Shown: piece after piece, positions 21,334 to 24,000 of the stretch
How positions within the stretch are numbered: the stretch's first letter is position 1
Layout of the letters: each line of letters begins with the position of its first letter
Assembly (NCBI GenBank): GCA_046152925.1
Contig: JBJXFX010000002.1
Location: forward strand, 1 to 24,000
Length of the DNA: 24,000 nucleotides
Direction of reading: 5' to 3'
Source of the DNA: Dehalococcoidia bacterium
GTDB lineage: Bacteria; Chloroflexota; Dehalococcoidia; Tepidiformales; Tepidiformaceae
Translations under genes and position numbers: made by a program
The notes under the pieces: generated by a model
Database searches by the model: none
Seen by the model: only the letters and a program-made list of their open reading frames with translations
Told to the model about the DNA's origin: nothing

Positions 21334-22803
21334 TCAGTGCGCGTACTCCGCGGATTCCCCCACCCGGTGAAGCTTCAGGAAGTTGGTGGCCCCGCGCGCC
21401 TGCACCGGCAGGCTGGCGACCACGACCACCTCTTCGCCAGCGACCATGAGGCCCTCTGCCTGAAGCCGTGCATCGACCACCCCCAGCAACTCCTCCGACG
21501 TCGCGACCATCGGCACGACCATCGGCACCACGCCGCGGACCAGGGCGAGCCGCCGCGCCGTCGCCGCGTGGGGAGTGAAGGCCAAGATCGGCACACCGGG
21601 CCTCGCCTTGCTCAGGAGCAGGGCCGTCCGCCCGCTGATTGTGAAACAGACGACGCTCCGGATCGCTCGGTCGGCTTCGACGATGCGCCGAGCGGCCTGA
21701 GCGACCACCCAGCTATGGTTGTCCGTCTCTGGCGCCAGCATCTCGACCGGGACGCCGGGCAGCGACTCGGCCCGGCGGATGATCCGGTCCATCATCTCCA
21801 CGGACTGGACAGGGTAGGCTCCGGCCGCGGTCTCGCCGGAGAGCATCAGGGCATCCGAAAGGTCCCAGACGGCGTGGGCGACGTCGCTGCTTTCGGCCCG
21901 CGTGGGGCGGGGCGACACGGTCATCGATTCCAGCATCTGCGTCGCCGTAATTACCGGGATCATGTGGCGGCTCGCGGCCGCGATGATCCTGCGCTGCTGG
22001 AGCGGCACTTCCTCCGGCGGGAGCTCCACGCCGAGGTCGCCGCGGGCCACCATCAGGCCGTCGGCCTCGGCGGCGATGGCGTCGAGCGTCTCCAGCGCCT
22101 GGCGCCGCTCGATCTTCGCGATCACCGGCGTCTCGCCGCCGGCGGCGCGGATCAGGGTGCGCGCAAGGCGAAGGTCCTCCGCATCGGCCACGAAGCTCAG
22201 GGCAAAGTAGTCCACGCCGGCGGCCACACCGGCGGCGATCGCCTCCCGGTCGCGCGCGGTGATTGGGCGCAGCGAGAGCTTCGAATCGGGAAACGCCACG
22301 CCCTTCCGGGAGCTGACCGGCCCACCATCGACGACCCGGCAGCGCAGCCCGGCCCCTTCGTGGGCAACCACCAGCAGCTCCACGGCGCCGTCGTCGATGA
22401 GCACCCGGTGGCTGGGGAGGACGTCGGTGGTGAGCTGCGGGTAGGCCACCGCGAGACGCCCGGCCACCGTCTCCGCCCCTCCATCGACGAGCAGCACTTC
22501 GGCGCCAGTCGAGAACTCGACGGCCCCACCGCCGGCCACCATCCCGGTCCGCAGTTTTGGACCGCCGAGGTCCATCAAAACGCCTGTCGGTCGCCCGAGG
22601 CGCTCCGCCGTCGCCCGCACAAGCGCGGCGACCGTGACATGGCCTGCGACTTCGCCGTGGCTCGTGTTCAGGCGGGCGAGGTCCATCCCGGCGAGGATGA
22701 GGCGCTCGACCACCTCCGGGCTGTCCGAGGCGGGGCCAAGCGTCGCGACGATCTTCGTCGCGCGTCCGGGACTGCTGTGTCTCCGCTGGGTCGCTGCCAC
22801 CAT
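21334..22803 (-). CDS. pyk: Pyruvate kinase
   Basis: TKIVATLGPAS, NTSHG, MVARGDLGVE and the 489-aa length fit pyruvate kinase. A TAGACT box (reverse complement of 22811-22816) lies 7 nt upstream of ATG 22803. Confidence 0.95.
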   Translation of the reverse strand: MVAATQRRHSSPGRATKIVATLGPASDSPEVVERLILAGMDLARLNTSHGEVAGHVTVAALVRATAERLGRPTGVLMDLGGPKLRTGMVAGGGAVEFSTGAEVLLVDGGAETVAGRLAVAYPQLTTDVLPSHRVLIDDGAVELLVVAHEGAGLRCRVVDGGPVSSRKGVAFPDSKLSLRPITARDREAIAAGVAAGVDYFALSFVADAEDLRLARTLIRAAGGETPVIAKIERRQALETLDAIAAEADGLMVARGDLGVELPPEEVPLQQRRIIAAASRHMIPVITATQMLESMTVSPRPTRAESSDVAHAVWDLSDALMLSGETAAGAYPVQSVEMMDRIIRRAESLPGVPVEMLAPETDNHSWVVAQAARRIVEADRAIRSVVCFTISGRTALLLSKARPGVPILAFTPHAATARRLALVRGVVPMVVPMVATSEELLGVVDARLQAEGLMVAGEEVVVVASLPVQARGATNFLKLHRVGESAEYAH

Positions 22804-22853
22804 ACTCGTCAGTCTACCCTGGCACGGTTATCGGGCCGTGGTCACGTACACTG

Positions 22854-23366
22854 GTGCGAGTGGCGTCACACCTGAAAGCCCGTGAGTTCCTCTTCCTGTG
22901 TGAAGAGCTCGCCTTCGAGCCCCCTGCAGGCCCGCCGCGAGGGCTCACCCGGAAACTGATGTGGACGATTCTGCAGTATCAGTACCCGAACCCCGCCGTG
23001 CACTTCGAGTTGCAGCCCCAACCGTCGCGCGGCCTCGTGGAGCTTGGCCTCCACTTCGAAGGGCCCGTCGAGACCAACGACGCGCTGGCCGCTGTCGTTG
23101 CCGCGGCCTCGGGCGAGCTGCTCCCGGCGCTCGGCGAGGGTTGGGAGCTCGAAGCCTGGACGGCGAGCTGGCGGCGGCTGCACCGCCCCTTCCCCTTCGA
23201 GACCCTCACACGAGAGCTCGCGGCCGACGTCTCCCATGGCCTCTCATCCGTGATCGCGACACTCGACCCGCTGATCCGCGACCTCCCGGAAACGCAGAAC
23301 GCTCCGCCCCGGCGTGCGGCAACACCGGTCACACGGTCCCGAAGACGGGTGGCAGCCAGCCGCTAA
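22854..23366 (+). CDS. Hypothetical protein
   Basis: The ORF has high GC3 and no motif I recognise. The start may be GTG 22860, which lies 7 nt after a TACACT box at 22847-22852. Confidence 0.5.
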   Translation: MRVASHLKAREFLFLCEELAFEPPAGPPRGLTRKLMWTILQYQYPNPAVHFELQPQPSRGLVELGLHFEGPVETNDALAAVVAAASGELLPALGEGWELEAWTASWRRLHRPFPFETLTRELAADVSHGLSSVIATLDPLIRDLPETQNAPPRRAATPVTRSRRRVAASR

Positions 23367-23794
23367 GCGAAGGCCGTCTCGACCTTGGCGGCCATGTCGA
23401 AGTAGTCCTGGAGCGTCTGGTTGAAGCGGTAAAACGCGTCGCGGCGGTGGTAGTCCTTGCCGCGCGCGAACTCTGCGTCACTCCGGAGGTCCAGCGAGTT
23501 CAGCGTGAAGTCATGGGTCGCGCGGCCGTTGTCGCGGATGTCCTGGATCATCGCCTGCCAGGCGTCGGGCTCTTGGACGAGCGTGAAGTCCAGCTCGGCG
23601 GCGCGATTGGCGTCGATCTCCTTGACCTTGGTCACCTCGAACGCTTCGAAGTCGACCTCCCAAATGCGGGAACCAACCTGCACGCCCATCTCACAGTCGC
23701 ACGTCCCGAGCCGCCGGAAGCTGTCGGACTCGTTGAGAAGCTTCGCTAGCGATTGAAAGTACTCGGTCGAGGGAAACTGCGGCATGGGAGGCAC
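23363..23794 (-). CDS. Hypothetical protein, possibly SCP2-like (the functional call is weak)
   Basis: 143-aa ORF with GAGGAG upstream. The N-terminal half (YFQSLAKLLNESDSFRRLG...WEVDF...LDFTLVQEPDAWQAMI) loosely resembles the SCP2 sterol-binding fold pattern. Confidence 0.5.
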   Translation of the reverse strand: MPPMPQFPSTEYFQSLAKLLNESDSFRRLGTCDCEMGVQVGSRIWEVDFEAFEVTKVKEIDANRAAELDFTLVQEPDAWQAMIQDIRDNGRATHDFTLNSLDLRSDAEFARGKDYHRRDAFYRFNQTLQDYFDMAAKVETAFA

Positions 23795-23877
23795 TCCTCA
23801 CGGTTCTGGGGCGACGGATAACGAGTCACGAGTCTACTGGAGCCATCGATACCGCGGAACGGGCGTACGGTCGTTCC

Positions 23878-24000
23878 TTACCGCCGGGTGCTTTCGACCG
23901 TCACCACCACCGAGTTCGACGGCCCACTCACGCGGACCGTCGCGGAATAGGCGCCCGGCTCGGCTGGCGGGTCGGCGACGACGCTGATCTGCGTGCTCGT
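23878..24000 (-). CDS. 3' end of a gene that extends beyond the window; the C-terminus looks like an Ig-like beta-sandwich
   Basis: The minus-strand frame is open from 24000 to TAA (reverse complement of 23878-23880). It translates as TSTQISVVADPPAEPGAYSATVRVSGPSNSVVVTVESTRR with high GC3. It is absent from the ORF track because it has no start codon in the window. Confidence 0.45.
   Translation of the reverse strand, partial: TSTQISVVADPPAEPGAYSATVRVSGPSNSVVVTVESTRR

Noticed and set aside
1-24000. tRNA, rRNA, tmRNA, RNase P or SRP RNA genes
   Set aside because: The intergenic gaps (434-785, 1116-1409, 3486-3751, 6212-6414, 12103-12373 and 21121-21333) contain no cloverleaf-type arm pairs with a GTTCGAATC-like T-loop and no conserved cores I recognise.

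Overview
Very GC-rich bacterial chromosomal window (third codon positions are mostly G/C). It is densely coding: I support about 34 CDS. I saw no rRNA, tRNA, CRISPR array, transposase or integrase. Most genes are ordinary metabolism: a PGI-domain fragment, MBL hydrolase, aldo/keto reductase, enoyl-CoA hydratase, rhodanese, nitroreductase, LLM oxidoreductase and pyruvate kinase. Four places stand out. (1) 13.39-16.51 kb (+): a CarH/LitR-type MerR regulator with an intact cobalamin-photoreceptor signature heads a tightly coupled four-gene operon (regulator, SRPBCC protein, YfcH-type SDR, heliorhodopsin). This puts two chemically unrelated light sensors in one transcription unit and is my best candidate for an uncharacterised system. 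(2) 8.9-12.1 kb (-): an envelope-stress operon running leader ORF, strong hairpin, TerC, PspA, unknown 73-aa protein, PspAA-like protein, double zinc-ribbon protein, SugE/Gdx. The internal junctions overlap by 4, 4 and 1 nt. (3) 7.2-8.0 kb: a yefM-yoeB toxin-antitoxin cassette bracketed by a 90-120 bp direct duplication of the enoyl-CoA hydratase 3' end and terminator. As a result YoeB has no native stop and carries a 23-aa C-terminal extension. (4) 568-631: a highly symmetric array of six ATGAGCC/GGCTCAT heptamers in a 350-bp non-coding gap. Other points: a degenerate GGDEF protein that keeps its I-site, a duplicated 59-bp terminator-like element after pyk, and a recurring TAnnnT box 6-7 nt before start codons, which suggests leaderless mRNAs. 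All functional calls come from motifs I recognise by eye; no database search was possible.
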